Part shown: positions 55,734-64,000 of the stretch, piece by piece
How positions within the stretch are numbered: position 1 is the first letter of the stretch
Layout: the number at the start of each line of letters is the position of its first letter
Assembly (NCBI GenBank): GCA_002868945.1
Contig: PKTX01000058.1
Coordinates: 64,773-128,772, forward strand
DNA length: 64,000 nucleotides
Reading direction: 5' to 3'
Origin: Desulfobulbaceae bacterium
GTDB lineage: Bacteria; Desulfobacterota; Desulfobulbia; Desulfobulbales; SURF-16
Translations under genes and position numbers: made by a program
Notes under the pieces: model-generated
What the model saw: only the letters and a program-made list of their open reading frames with translations
What the model was told of the DNA's origin: nothing
Database searches by the model: none

Positions 55734-55985
55734 ATGTTTGGACTGGGAACCCCTGAATTAATAGTCATTCTGGCCATTGCCTTTCTGGTTTTTGGCGGTA
55801 AAAAATTACCGGAAATCGGTGAAGGCCTTGGTAAAGGCATAAAATCCTTCAAAAAGTCGATGAGTGATGTGGATGAGGCCAAAAACAAGCTTGTTGAGGA
55901 GAACGTCCCCGGCCTCAAAGAGGTGAACAGCATCAAGGAAAAGGTGGACCAGGCCAAGGACATAACCAATGTCCTGAAGGTCTGA
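55734..55985 (+). CDS. Second TatA-family protein (longer; possibly a TatB role)
   Basis: MFGLGTPELIVILAIAFLVFGGKKLPEIG plus a longer amphipathic tail. Confidence 0.85.
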   Translation: MFGLGTPELIVILAIAFLVFGGKKLPEIGEGLGKGIKSFKKSMSDVDEAKNKLVEENVPGLKEVNSIKEKVDQAKDITNVLKV

Positions 55986-56018
55986 TCGCCCCCTTTTTTT
56001 AGTGACCGAATTAAAAAA

Positions 56019-56054
56019 GCCCGCTGCTTAACGATAAGCAGCGGGCTTTTTTTT
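56019..56054. terminator. Bidirectional terminator between the tatA genes and fba
   Basis: GCCCGCTGCTTA-ACGA-TAAGCAGCGGGC flanked by A6 and T8. Confidence 0.75.
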
Positions 56055-56083
56055 ATGCGGCACAACAGGCGAATCTCAGCCGA

Positions 56084-57364
56084 TCAATCGTCAAAATCAC
56101 CGGCCGGGCCTTTGTCCGTGTCAAGCTGGGCGGCCCGGGCAATGATCTTGTCCGGTGTCCATTGCGCGGCATCCTCAATGCCTTCGGCCTTGGGGCCGGG
56201 GTCATGGGAACCGGCCTTGATGATGGCCGCCAGGCAATGGTCGGCGCTGTCTTCGGCATTAAAGACCGTGGTCAGCAGGTTGTAGATAAACTCCTCCACC
56301 CGTTTGCACATCCGTTCGCGAATCTGTCTGGGTTGGCCCATGAGGCGGTTGTCAAAGAGCAGGTTGAGATTCTTGTAATTGCCGCCGTTCCAGCCCTGGG
56401 CCGTGGCGAAATCCACCATCTCCTGCCACAGTTCTTCGCTCATGCCCTCGCCCTTGACCTTCTTGAAACTGCCGTCGTCGTTGACAATGGCATTGCCGTA
56501 GTCATTGACCTCAAGGCCCCAGGAGAGCATCTGCAGGGAGGTGGCCACATTGGCCTTGGTGGTGTGGGTTTTTTCGGCAATGGCCCGCAGACGATCCGAG
56601 CTGTTGCCCGAGGTGCCGTGCTGGGCGCCGTTGACCTTGTATTTGCGGAGGGCCTCGTGGATCTCGGCGGTGAGCTCCACCTGGATGCCCTGGCCGCTGG
56701 CCTCAATGCCATGGGTGGTGCCGTTGTTGAGGGCGATCCAGTTGGGGAAGATATTGTGGGCGTTCAGACCGGCAATGAGGAAGACCGCCTCCGGCACGGC
56801 GGAGAGGCCTTCCGAGCCCTTGATCTCGCCGATTTCCGTCTCCAGGCCGGCCCAGTCTGGAATAAAGCGGCTCAACTCCAGATTGGCCAGCAGGTTCTTG
56901 TCATCCATCATGTGGGAGGCGTCAATGGCAATGGAGGTGATGCCGGCCTCAAAGAGGGTGGGGATCTCCTGCTTTGCATAGGGAATGTCCGCCTCGCTCT
57001 TGATGCCGTAGTGGTCGGCATGGATGGCCACCGGCACGGTGATGTCCAGCTCGTTCATGGCCTGATCCACCTGGCGGGCCATGTTCCAGTAGTTGGTGGG
57101 GCAGTAAGCCTTGGCACCGCCCTCTGATCGGGCGATTTCAATAATAATGGCGGCATTGGCGCGTTGGGCGGCCATCAGGGCGCCGCGGATAATAAAATTG
57201 TTGCGGGCGTTGGCGGCAATGGTCATGGCCTTGCCCTTGGCCTCCAGGGCAAGATCAATATACTTGCCGCTGACGATCAGGGCCCGGGAGTGGGGAAAAA
57301 GCCTGCGGATATTGGGAGGCCTGCCCACGGCCAGGGCCTTGTCAAAGTCGGTGTTTGATGCCAT
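56084..57364 (-). CDS. fba: Class II fructose-1,6-bisphosphate aldolase (long form)
   Basis: VAIHADH, NGTTHG and GAQHGTSGN; 426 aa. Confidence 0.9.
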   Translation of the reverse strand: MASNTDFDKALAVGRPPNIRRLFPHSRALIVSGKYIDLALEAKGKAMTIAANARNNFIIRGALMAAQRANAAIIIEIARSEGGAKAYCPTNYWNMARQVDQAMNELDITVPVAIHADHYGIKSEADIPYAKQEIPTLFEAGITSIAIDASHMMDDKNLLANLELSRFIPDWAGLETEIGEIKGSEGLSAVPEAVFLIAGLNAHNIFPNWIALNNGTTHGIEASGQGIQVELTAEIHEALRKYKVNGAQHGTSGNSSDRLRAIAEKTHTTKANVATSLQMLSWGLEVNDYGNAIVNDDGSFKKVKGEGMSEELWQEMVDFATAQGWNGGNYKNLNLLFDNRLMGQPRQIRERMCKRVEEFIYNLLTTVFNAEDSADHCLAAIIKAGSHDPGPKAEGIEDAAQWTPDKIIARAAQLDTDKGPAGDFDD

Positions 57365-57462
57365 AACGATTCTCCTTTTAACGAGCTGTTAGATCAATTT
57401 TCTCCAGCAGTTTTTATCATATGGGAACGGTGTGATTGGTGTGCTCGGTACTGTCTTGGATC

Positions 57463-57525
57463 AGGTTCAAGGTGCAAGGGGCAAGGGGCAAGGCTCAAGG
57501 GGCAAGGTGCAAGGGGCAAGGGGAG
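57463..57525. repeat. Heptad array (AGGNNCA x9)
   Basis: AGGTTCA AGGTGCA AGGGGCA AGGGGCA AGGCTCA AGGGGCA AGGTGCA AGGGGCA AGGGGAG. Confidence 0.85.
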
Positions 57526-57864
57526 GCGGGGCTGCGACAAGCGCCGTGTCGGTTCTCCCTTTTCGGTTCGACGCAGTGCGTCGTGACTCGGCCGCCCGGC
57601 CGGCATCCTTGCCAAGAGCAGCACTCCTGATCGCCGGCAGGGTATTCTTAATATGTTGAATATAATAAAAAAAAGAGGGAAATAAATCCCCTTGTCAAAA
57701 AAAAGTCCGCCTCTGATAGTACAATAAAAAAGCGGCCGGCGTCAGTAAAAAAAACGCGGCCGGCAAGAGGGGGATAGCCTCTTTCTCTTTGCCATAAAAG
57801 CCTTTTTCTCCCCTGCTCCTTGTGTTACAAGTAACTTTTTTTTAATTGTTTCCCGTGGCGTGGC

Positions 57865-59016
57865 ATGATTGAAGAACAGCTTGTTGCCATAAAGAGGGGG
57901 CTGGAGCAGAGAGAGGAGCGCTTTCTTTCTCCCCGGGCCACCCTGAGTAAAAACGCTATCAGGCGCTATCCGGAAGAGAGGGAGGGGCATCGCACCTCCT
58001 TTGCCGTGGATGCCGACCGTATCCTTCACTCGCGCGCCTATACCCGCTACATTGACAAGACCCAGGTCTTTTACCTGGTGGAAAACGACCACATTACCCA
58101 CCGGGTTCTCCATGTTCAGCTCGTTTCCAAGATTGCCAGAACCCTGGCCCGGGTCTTTGCCCTGAATGAGGATCTGGTGGAGGCCATTGCCCTGGGCCAT
58201 GATATCGGCCATCCACCCTTCGGCCATGACGGCGAGGCCATCCTTGATGAACTGGGCCGCAGCCACGGCCTTGCCTCTTTTCAGCATAACCTGCAGTCGG
58301 TCCGTTTTCTGGAGCACCTGGAGAACCATGGCCGGGGCTGCAATCTCACCGTCCAGGTGCTGGACGGCATCCTCTGTCACGACGGCGAGGTTCACAACCG
58401 CACCATCCGGCCCCGGGGCGAGATCTCCTTTGCCGAGTATGATGCCAAGATCGCTGTCAAGAGTGGCGATAAGAATGCCAAGCTGCGCCCCATGACCCTT
58501 GAGGGCTGCCTGGTGCGGCTGGCCGATACCCTGAGCTATATCGGCCGTGACATCGAAGACGCCATTGAGCTGAAGCTGATCAGCCGCGACGATATTCCGG
58601 ACCACTGTCAACGGGTGTTGGGCCGCACCAACGGCACCATTGTCCACCGACTGGTGACGGACCTCATTGAGCAGGGCTGCGACGGTGCCGTGGCTTTTTC
58701 TCAGGAGGTATCGGACGCCCTGCAGGAACTCAAATCCTTTAACTACCGGTCCATCTATCTGAATGCCGCCATTAAGCCTGATAAGGCAAAGGTGAAGGAG
58801 TGTTTTGCCGCCTTGCTGGCCCGCTATGTTGATGAAATCAAGCGGGAAGACCAGGCCTCGCCCGTCTATACGCGGCTCATGCGCTTCATGGACAGACGAT
58901 ACCGGCACGACACCCCGGCCGCGGCCATTGCCGTGGATTTTATTGCCGGTATGACGGACGATTACTTTCTGCGCCAGGCCGGTCTCATCGGTTGCCGCAT
59001 CCCCAAGATTTCATGA
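57865..59016 (+). CDS. dGTP triphosphohydrolase-like HD-domain protein
   Basis: FAVDADRILHSRAYTRY, THRVLHVQLVS and LGHDIGHPPFGH. Confidence 0.85.
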   Translation: MIEEQLVAIKRGLEQREERFLSPRATLSKNAIRRYPEEREGHRTSFAVDADRILHSRAYTRYIDKTQVFYLVENDHITHRVLHVQLVSKIARTLARVFALNEDLVEAIALGHDIGHPPFGHDGEAILDELGRSHGLASFQHNLQSVRFLEHLENHGRGCNLTVQVLDGILCHDGEVHNRTIRPRGEISFAEYDAKIAVKSGDKNAKLRPMTLEGCLVRLADTLSYIGRDIEDAIELKLISRDDIPDHCQRVLGRTNGTIVHRLVTDLIEQGCDGAVAFSQEVSDALQELKSFNYRSIYLNAAIKPDKAKVKECFAALLARYVDEIKREDQASPVYTRLMRFMDRRYRHDTPAAAIAVDFIAGMTDDYFLRQAGLIGCRIPKIS

Positions 59017-60842
59017 AGCTTACCAGTCTGCAGAAATATATTCCCGGCGAGAGCACCCTCATGGTGGTCATCGCCTCCTTTATCGGGCTTGCCGCCGGCT
59101 TGGCCAACATCCTCTTCCGCTCCACCGAGGAGTTTGTCCGTCATACCCTTTTTGATGGCGGTCTGATGACCTTCTTCGGGGAGGGCAGTCTGGCGGTGTT
59201 CCACTCCGGCGAGGTCTTTCTCTTTAAGAGCTTCGGAATTGCGGCGCTGCTGCTGCCCCTTATCCCCATGCTGGGCATGGTGCTGCTTATTCCGCTGGCC
59301 TATTTCTTCCCGGGTGAGGTCAACGGCTACGGCTTTACCAGTTTCCTGCGCAAGGTAAACCTGGAGGGCGGCCGCATCCGGTTCCGCACCATCCTGCTCA
59401 AGACCTTTGCCACCTCCTTGACCATCGGTACGGGTGGTTCAGCCGGGGTGGAGGGCCCCATTGCCCAGGTGGGTGGGGCGGTGGGCTCGCAGGTGGGCCA
59501 GTTCTTCCGGGTCTCCGGCGATCGCATGAAGGTCTATATTGCCGCCGGCTGCGCCGGCGGCATCGGCGCCATGTTCAACGCGCCCATGGCCGGCGTCTTT
59601 TTCGCCTCGGAGATCGTTCTGCTCGGCACCTATGAGATCTCCTCCTTCTCGGCCCTGGTTATCTCCTCCGCCATTGCCACGGTTGTGGCCCGCGCCGTGT
59701 ACGGCGAGTCGCCCGCCTTTCCCATTCCCGACTACCAGATCGTCAACCCCCTCATGGAGATCCCTCTCTACGTCTTGATGGGGATTATCATCGGCATTAT
59801 CGCGGTTATCCATATCCGTTTTTTCTACCAGGTGCGGGACCACTGCCGGGGCGTCAAGATCAGCCCCTTTGTCAAACCCATTATCGGCGCGGCCGTGGTC
59901 GGCTCCCTGGGTATCTTCTTTCCCCAGGTCATGGGGGACGGCTACTTCTACATCGAGAAGGTGCTGCACGGTAACGGTGTCCTGTGGGTGATGGTTATCC
60001 TGGTCTTTCTGAAGATCGGCGCCACGGCCATTACCATCGGCACCGGCGGCGCCGGCGGTGTCTTTGCGCCGGCCCTTTTTATCGGCGCCATGATCGGCGG
60101 CGCCTTCGGCCTGGTCTGTAATCTCTTATTCCCCGGCTTCGTGGCCGGGCCGGGGGCCTATGCCGCTGTCGGCATCGGTGCCTTTCTGGGGGCCACCACC
60201 CACTCGCCCCTCACCGCCATCTTTCTGCTCTTTGAGATGACCGGTAATTACCAGATTATTATTCCGGTGATGCTGGCCAGTATCATCGGCACGGTGGTGG
60301 CCAAACAGCTCTATGCCGACTCCATTGATACGGTTGATTTCAGCCGGGAGGGTATTGATATCCACGAGGGCAGGGAGACCGCCATCATGAAATCCCTGCC
60401 CGTGGGCATTGCCATGACCGAGGATGTCGATTTCATCAGCGAGCGGGCCAATGTCAACCAGCTCCTCAAGATGTTTTCCATGGCGGACGACAGTTTTTAT
60501 TTCCCGGTGCTGGCCGAGACCGGCCCCAATGCCGGCCGCATGGTGGGCATCATCTCCCTGCAGGATGTCAAGACCATTCTGCACGACGAGGAGCTGCGTC
60601 TCAGCTCCACCGTGGGCAATATCTGCGCCCGTAAGCTCATCACCCTGACGCCGAGCGACAACCTCTATGACGCCATGACCCAATTCGTGGTCAAGGGCAT
60701 TGAGGAGATCCCGGTGGTGGAGTCAAAGGATGACCTGTGGGTGGTGGGCATGCTCAAAAGGCGCGACGTGATTACCGCCTATAACCGCGAGGTCTTAAAG
60801 CGCGGCATCAGCGAGAAGACAGCAGCCATCAAGCTGCGCTGA
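59013..60842 (+). CDS. ClC-family chloride channel/antiporter with two C-terminal CBS domains
   Basis: GGSAGVEGP, GAGGVFAP and the TM-rich body, followed by a CBS pair. ATGA overlap with the upstream gene. Confidence 0.9.
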   Translation: MKLTSLQKYIPGESTLMVVIASFIGLAAGLANILFRSTEEFVRHTLFDGGLMTFFGEGSLAVFHSGEVFLFKSFGIAALLLPLIPMLGMVLLIPLAYFFPGEVNGYGFTSFLRKVNLEGGRIRFRTILLKTFATSLTIGTGGSAGVEGPIAQVGGAVGSQVGQFFRVSGDRMKVYIAAGCAGGIGAMFNAPMAGVFFASEIVLLGTYEISSFSALVISSAIATVVARAVYGESPAFPIPDYQIVNPLMEIPLYVLMGIIIGIIAVIHIRFFYQVRDHCRGVKISPFVKPIIGAAVVGSLGIFFPQVMGDGYFYIEKVLHGNGVLWVMVILVFLKIGATAITIGTGGAGGVFAPALFIGAMIGGAFGLVCNLLFPGFVAGPGAYAAVGIGAFLGATTHSPLTAIFLLFEMTGNYQIIIPVMLASIIGTVVAKQLYADSIDTVDFSREGIDIHEGRETAIMKSLPVGIAMTEDVDFISERANVNQLLKMFSMADDSFYFPVLAETGPNAGRMVGIISLQDVKTILHDEELRLSSTVGNICARKLITLTPSDNLYDAMTQFVVKGIEEIPVVESKDDLWVVGMLKRRDVITAYNREVLKRGISEKTAAIKLR

Positions 60843-60942
60843 GCGGTGGTGTGCGCCCCCATGAAAAGTACGGCTCCACGGCGCCTGCCTCTGCTTTTGT
60901 TTCTTGATATGGCGAAGACAATGTGCTAAAAAACCAGCTCAT

Positions 60943-61030
60943 GCCTGGATGGTGGAATAGGTAGACACCTGGGACTTAAAATCCCATGGAGCGTAGCTCC
61001 GTGCGAGTTCGATTCTCGCTCCAGGCACCA
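60943..61030 (+). tRNA. tRNA-Leu (anticodon UAA), type II with long variable arm, CCA encoded
   Basis: Acceptor GCCTGGA/TCCAGGC. Anticodon stem TGGGA/TCCCA with loop CT-TAA-AA. Variable arm GGAGCGTAGCTCC. T-arm GCGAG-TTCGATT-CTCGC. Confidence 0.95.
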
Positions 61031-61040
61031 GAATACAAAG

Positions 61041-61076
61041 GGGCTCTCAGTGCATATGCTGAGAGCCCTTTTTTTT
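61041..61076 (+). terminator. Rho-independent terminator after tRNA-Leu
   Basis: GGGCTCTCAG...CTGAGAGCCC followed by T8. Confidence 0.75.
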
Positions 61077-61878
61077 GGTTGATGACCATCAAGCCTCAGC
61101 CCCCCCCTCCCGGAATGATAGCGTAGGAGCCCGCCGGCTCGCCGGGCGATACAGGGAAGGAGGCCCGTACGCTTTCAGCTTTTTTTCAGAGAATGCCCTG
61201 CGGGCTCTATAGGATTCTTAACCCTGATCCAATCCCGGAGGGCCGGAATTGGGACAATCCGTTGTTTAGTCTTTTCAAAAAGTTGGAAAGTGGTTACCCC
61301 TGAAGGTCTCATTTTTTGTGTCTTCAGCCCTGACACAAGAAAACCATTGCACTCCTTCATGGTGTCAGGTAGACAGAGATCGTGTCGCCCCATTTTACAA
61401 CCATCAGATCACGCAAGCGACACGGGACGAGGAACAAGTTAAAAGTCGGCTTGACCTCTTTCATAGGCCGGGATCTCCGACCGAAACCGGCATGACGCCC
61501 TAAGAAATAGTATTGTCCCCGGAATATCGCATTCAACCGCAAGTAGGGGGCAGGCTTGACATTTTGACTTTCCGGTGCCGACGCCGCCACAGGCAACAAG
61601 CACTGGCAGCCAAACCCTTGCCCGCCCACACCCGCCGGCTCTTCCTCTTTTTCAAGGCCCTGCAACATGAACCTGTCTCCTCAGCAGGCTCCAGTGGCTT
61701 TTCCGGCCCTGGGCAATTCCGGCTAATGTGGGGAGCCTTGTTGTAAGCCGATTTTTTGGGTGCTGACTGGCCTATTGGGGCTTCATCTGGTTTATGGTGG
61801 CACTTGATCTTTTGTTCCTTTTTGCCGCCCAAAAAGGAACCGAAAAAGGGCGCCCCAACAGCCCTGGCCTGACGGCGC

Positions 61879-61976
61879 GCTCGTTTTCTTTCGTGAAAGG
61901 GGAATTTCAGAAACTCACACCCTGCGGGTGTTCAGACATGCTGAAATTCAAGTCCCTTTCCCAAAAGAAAACGAGC
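61879..61976. repeat. About 98-nt imperfect palindrome (long hairpin with inner hairpin)
   Basis: GCTCGTTTTCTTTCGTGAAAGGGGAATTTCAG ... CTGAAATTCAAGTCCCTTTCCCAAAAGAAAACGAGC, with inner ACACCC-TGC-GGGTGT. Confidence 0.6.
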
Positions 61977-62441
61977 TCAGGGCTGGATGGGGAACAACAA
62001 GGCGGATGCCCTTCGGGCACTGTTTGATTTTTCGGCACCGGCCCATGCCGGGGCCGCAATCGCACTGTTCTGTTTCTTCGTCCTGATCGGCAGACATGCA
62101 GAAATGCAACCGGAAGCAGGAAATAGGTTGTCAGGTTCTTTTATGCGCAGTAGCTTGCACGATTATATCCCCGTTCAGACCAGCACTTCGCCTTACAGCC
62201 TGCTTTTTGACGCCCAAAAAGGCCCTCTAAGCTTCAATAACGCCTGGTTGTGGAACATATAATAAATAAATTCAAGTTGTTAGCTTGGTCCGTGCCAAGC
62301 CTCACAGAAAGATTGTCAAGGTTAAAGATTTGACCCCCTCCCTCTCCCGCTTATCGTTCGCCGGATGCTTCGCTATTGTCCCGAGAGGTTCCGCGCTGCG
62401 CGCTCCACCTATCAGGCCAATAGAACCGACTGCGATTCTCA

Positions 62442-62480
62442 GTGTCCGACAAAAATTAAAAAACAATTTTTACCGGACAC
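62442..62480. other. 16-bp-arm hairpin (14/16 paired) nested inside a 13-bp inverted repeat, upstream of the AT-rich cassette
   Basis: GTGTCCGACAAAAATT-AAAAAAC-AATTTTTACCGGACAC. The outer IR is CGTTCGCCGGATG (62355) and CATCCGGCGAACG (62498). Confidence 0.5.
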
Positions 62481-62530
62481 CTGCGAGTCTCGCGGTTCAT
62501 CCGGCGAACGTTCGGCTTTACGAGTAACCA

Positions 62531-63112
62531 ATGAAAAATCTAATTAATGGGCTATTTGAAGAATATCGAATAGTTCAAAATAAAATTGACAAAATTGCTG
62601 ATTTTGAACTTAAGGTTCGAGGATGGTGCATTACGCTCGAATCAGCAATCATAATTAGTTTAATGTCCGGAAAAATTGTTTTCTTGTCCTCTTTCCATGT
62701 AATCGCCTTGATGATTTTTGTTATTTTAGTTTTACAATTTTTGGAACAAGAACAACTAGAAACAAAAAAAATCCTGTCAAAAAGGGCATTAATTATTGAA
62801 CAAGCTATCGATAGATTACTGGTGGTCAGAGACGAAAATGATCTAAAGAAAAAATCAATTAATAAAAATGTATTTAAGTTGTTGAAGGGTTCGCCAAGGA
62901 CTGCGATTGATTTAAAAAATTTTGGGAGAAATAGAACACTAAGATCTTTAAAAAGTATGTTCTCATGGAAAAACCATATTTTTTATTATGCCCAATATTG
63001 TGCCATCATTGCATTGACCATCCTCTCTCTTATTGGTTATTGGAATGTTGATAGCAAAAATCCTATTACTGATACCAAAACAATAAATATTACATGTGTA
63101 AAAACACATTAA
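62531..63112 (+). CDS. Hypothetical multi-TM protein (193 aa), AT-rich
   Basis: N-terminal amphipathic helix, a TM hairpin (WCITLESAIIISLMSG / FHVIALMIFVILVLQFL), a charged middle section and a C-terminal TM (YCAIIALTILSLIGYW). No weak or strong SD is seen. Confidence 0.6.
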   Translation: MKNLINGLFEEYRIVQNKIDKIADFELKVRGWCITLESAIIISLMSGKIVFLSSFHVIALMIFVILVLQFLEQEQLETKKILSKRALIIEQAIDRLLVVRDENDLKKKSINKNVFKLLKGSPRTAIDLKNFGRNRTLRSLKSMFSWKNHIFYYAQYCAIIALTILSLIGYWNVDSKNPITDTKTINITCVKTH

Positions 63113-63121
63113 GGTAATATT

Positions 63122-63490
63122 ATGATCGAAAATGTTCTTGAGGAAATAGAAGCTAATTTGTTTCAACTTGTAGGGCAAATTGATTATGGAGAGATTTCTA
63201 ATATTGAAACTTATTGGGCCTCATTAACAGAGTCTTTGGAGAAACTTTCAGAATTCGGGTATTCTACTGTTCCCTCTCCGCCCTCGTTGTCTGAAGCATT
63301 GAGGCCATTTGCTGGAGTTATTGATAATGACCTCCGTGACCTAGCCGATGAAATGGAGTTCTTTTGTGAAGGCGGTGGCTCTACCGACAGTGTTGACGAA
63401 GACGAAATAGATGTTTTACAGGATAATGCTATTGAGTTTGAAAAAAAATTCCTCAAGTTCACACAAAAATTAAGAGTTTTTCATGGTTAA
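63122..63490 (+). CDS. Hypothetical strongly acidic protein (122 aa)
   Basis: The gap to the upstream stop is 9 nt. It is rich in D/E (for example DSVDEDEIDVLQD) and I recognise no domain. Confidence 0.55.
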   Translation: MIENVLEEIEANLFQLVGQIDYGEISNIETYWASLTESLEKLSEFGYSTVPSPPSLSEALRPFAGVIDNDLRDLADEMEFFCEGGGSTDSVDEDEIDVLQDNAIEFEKKFLKFTQKLRVFHG

Positions 63491-64000
63491 CACTCCTAGC
63501 ATAATTCTTGGAAAAATCACCGAAAGATTTCCTGCTTTCCCTGAATCTTTTAATCCTTGTGAAGAGAATAGCATTGAGGTTGTGCTGTTTGGGTCATATG
63601 CATACGGATGTGAACATGTTCAGTCAGATGTCGACATTCTTTTTGTTGGGGATAAAAAGCGTAAAGCTAGTAAATATTTTGATTTCATTTGGATAAAGCC
63701 TGAACGTTTAAATTCAAAAACTTGGCTTAGTTCTGAGTTAGCTATCCACATTGCCAACTATGGTATTTGGTTGAAAGGAGAGGGAACTTGGCGCAATCAG
63801 GTTTTTTTTAGTAAAGCAGCCTCAACAAGAAAAAAACAACGTATTTTTGAGAGGCTAACCCACATATATTTACAGAAAGATAGTTTGAGTTTAGCCAAAA
63901 AAAAACTGTTCATCCAAAAAATCATTCTTAATATCCTTCGACTTCAAAATTTAAATAACAAAATTCCAAACCCACCTACCTGCGTTACTCTAAATGAGCT
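63483..64000 (+). CDS. Pol-beta-superfamily nucleotidyltransferase-domain protein (3' end outside the window)
   Basis: Translated by hand and absent from the ORF track because no stop is reached. The ATG at 63483 overlaps the upstream stop (ATGGTTAA). Signature LFGSYAYGCEHVQSDVDILFVG. The frame is open to nt 64000. Confidence 0.7.
   Translation, partial: MVNTPSIILGKITERFPAFPESFNPCEENSIEVVLFGSYAYGCEHVQSDVDILFVGDKKRKASKYFDFIWIKPERLNSKTWLSSELAIHIANYGIWLKGEGTWRNQVFFSKAASTRKKQRIFERLTHIYLQKDSLSLAKKKLFIQKIILNILRLQNLNNKIPNPPTCVTLNE

Noticed and set aside
61175-61668. Short minus-strand ORFs after the tRNA as remnants of an integrase, transposase or toxin.
   Set aside because: No tyrosine-recombinase, IS200/RAYT or RelE/HigB motifs could be recognised in any frame. 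The idea is mentioned only as a possibility under the non-coding-region finding.
63508-63696. Track ORF of 62 aa inside the AT-rich cassette.
   Set aside because: It is an alternative frame of the longer open reading frame starting at 63483, which carries the nucleotidyltransferase signature and runs to the window end.

Overview
This is a 64-kb chromosomal window. It is GC-rich by eye, well above 50%, except for an AT-rich tail at about 62.5-64.0 kb. I count about 50 supportable CDS and one tRNA-Leu(UAA). There is no rRNA, no CRISPR array, and no intact transposase or integrase. The gene content points to an anaerobic Desulfobacterota-like (Desulfobulbales-type) genome: KorAB-type 2-oxoacid:ferredoxin oxidoreductase, B12-dependent class II ribonucleotide reductase, fused SecDF, class II FBA, and many FHA/HDOD/GGDEF proteins. 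That taxonomic guess is inference only. Housekeeping genes include mutL (3' part), purC, korAB, cbpA, ssb, prfC, nrdJ, gmhB, ftsB, tatC, purQ, secDF, rsfS, gpmI, thrC, a PNP-mtaD pair, tandem tatA genes, fba, a dGTPase-like gene and a ClC channel. The window is unusually rich in signalling genes. These include a LuxR-type two-component pair, a hybrid histidine kinase, REC-PAS-GGDEF-EAL, REC-GGDEF-HD-GYP, two HDOD proteins, a cNMP-binding protein, and an operon of FHA-cyclase / double-FHA / Ser-Thr kinase-WD40 / PP2C. Four things merit a second look. (1) An AT-rich, tightly packed three-gene cassette lies downstream of tRNA-Leu and runs off the window end. It encodes a multi-TM protein, an acidic protein and a Pol-beta nucleotidyltransferase, and I could not assign it to any named system. 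(2) A bipartite heptanucleotide-array repeat family occupies at least seven intergenic loci, and two inverted copies bracket a two-gene unit. (3) Several MITE-like families with terminal inverted repeats have ends that coincide with CTAG and supply stop codons to neighbouring genes. (4) An SPFH(COG4260)/zinc-ribbon/cNMP-binding module is present. All functional calls come from reading the translated ORFs; no database search was possible.
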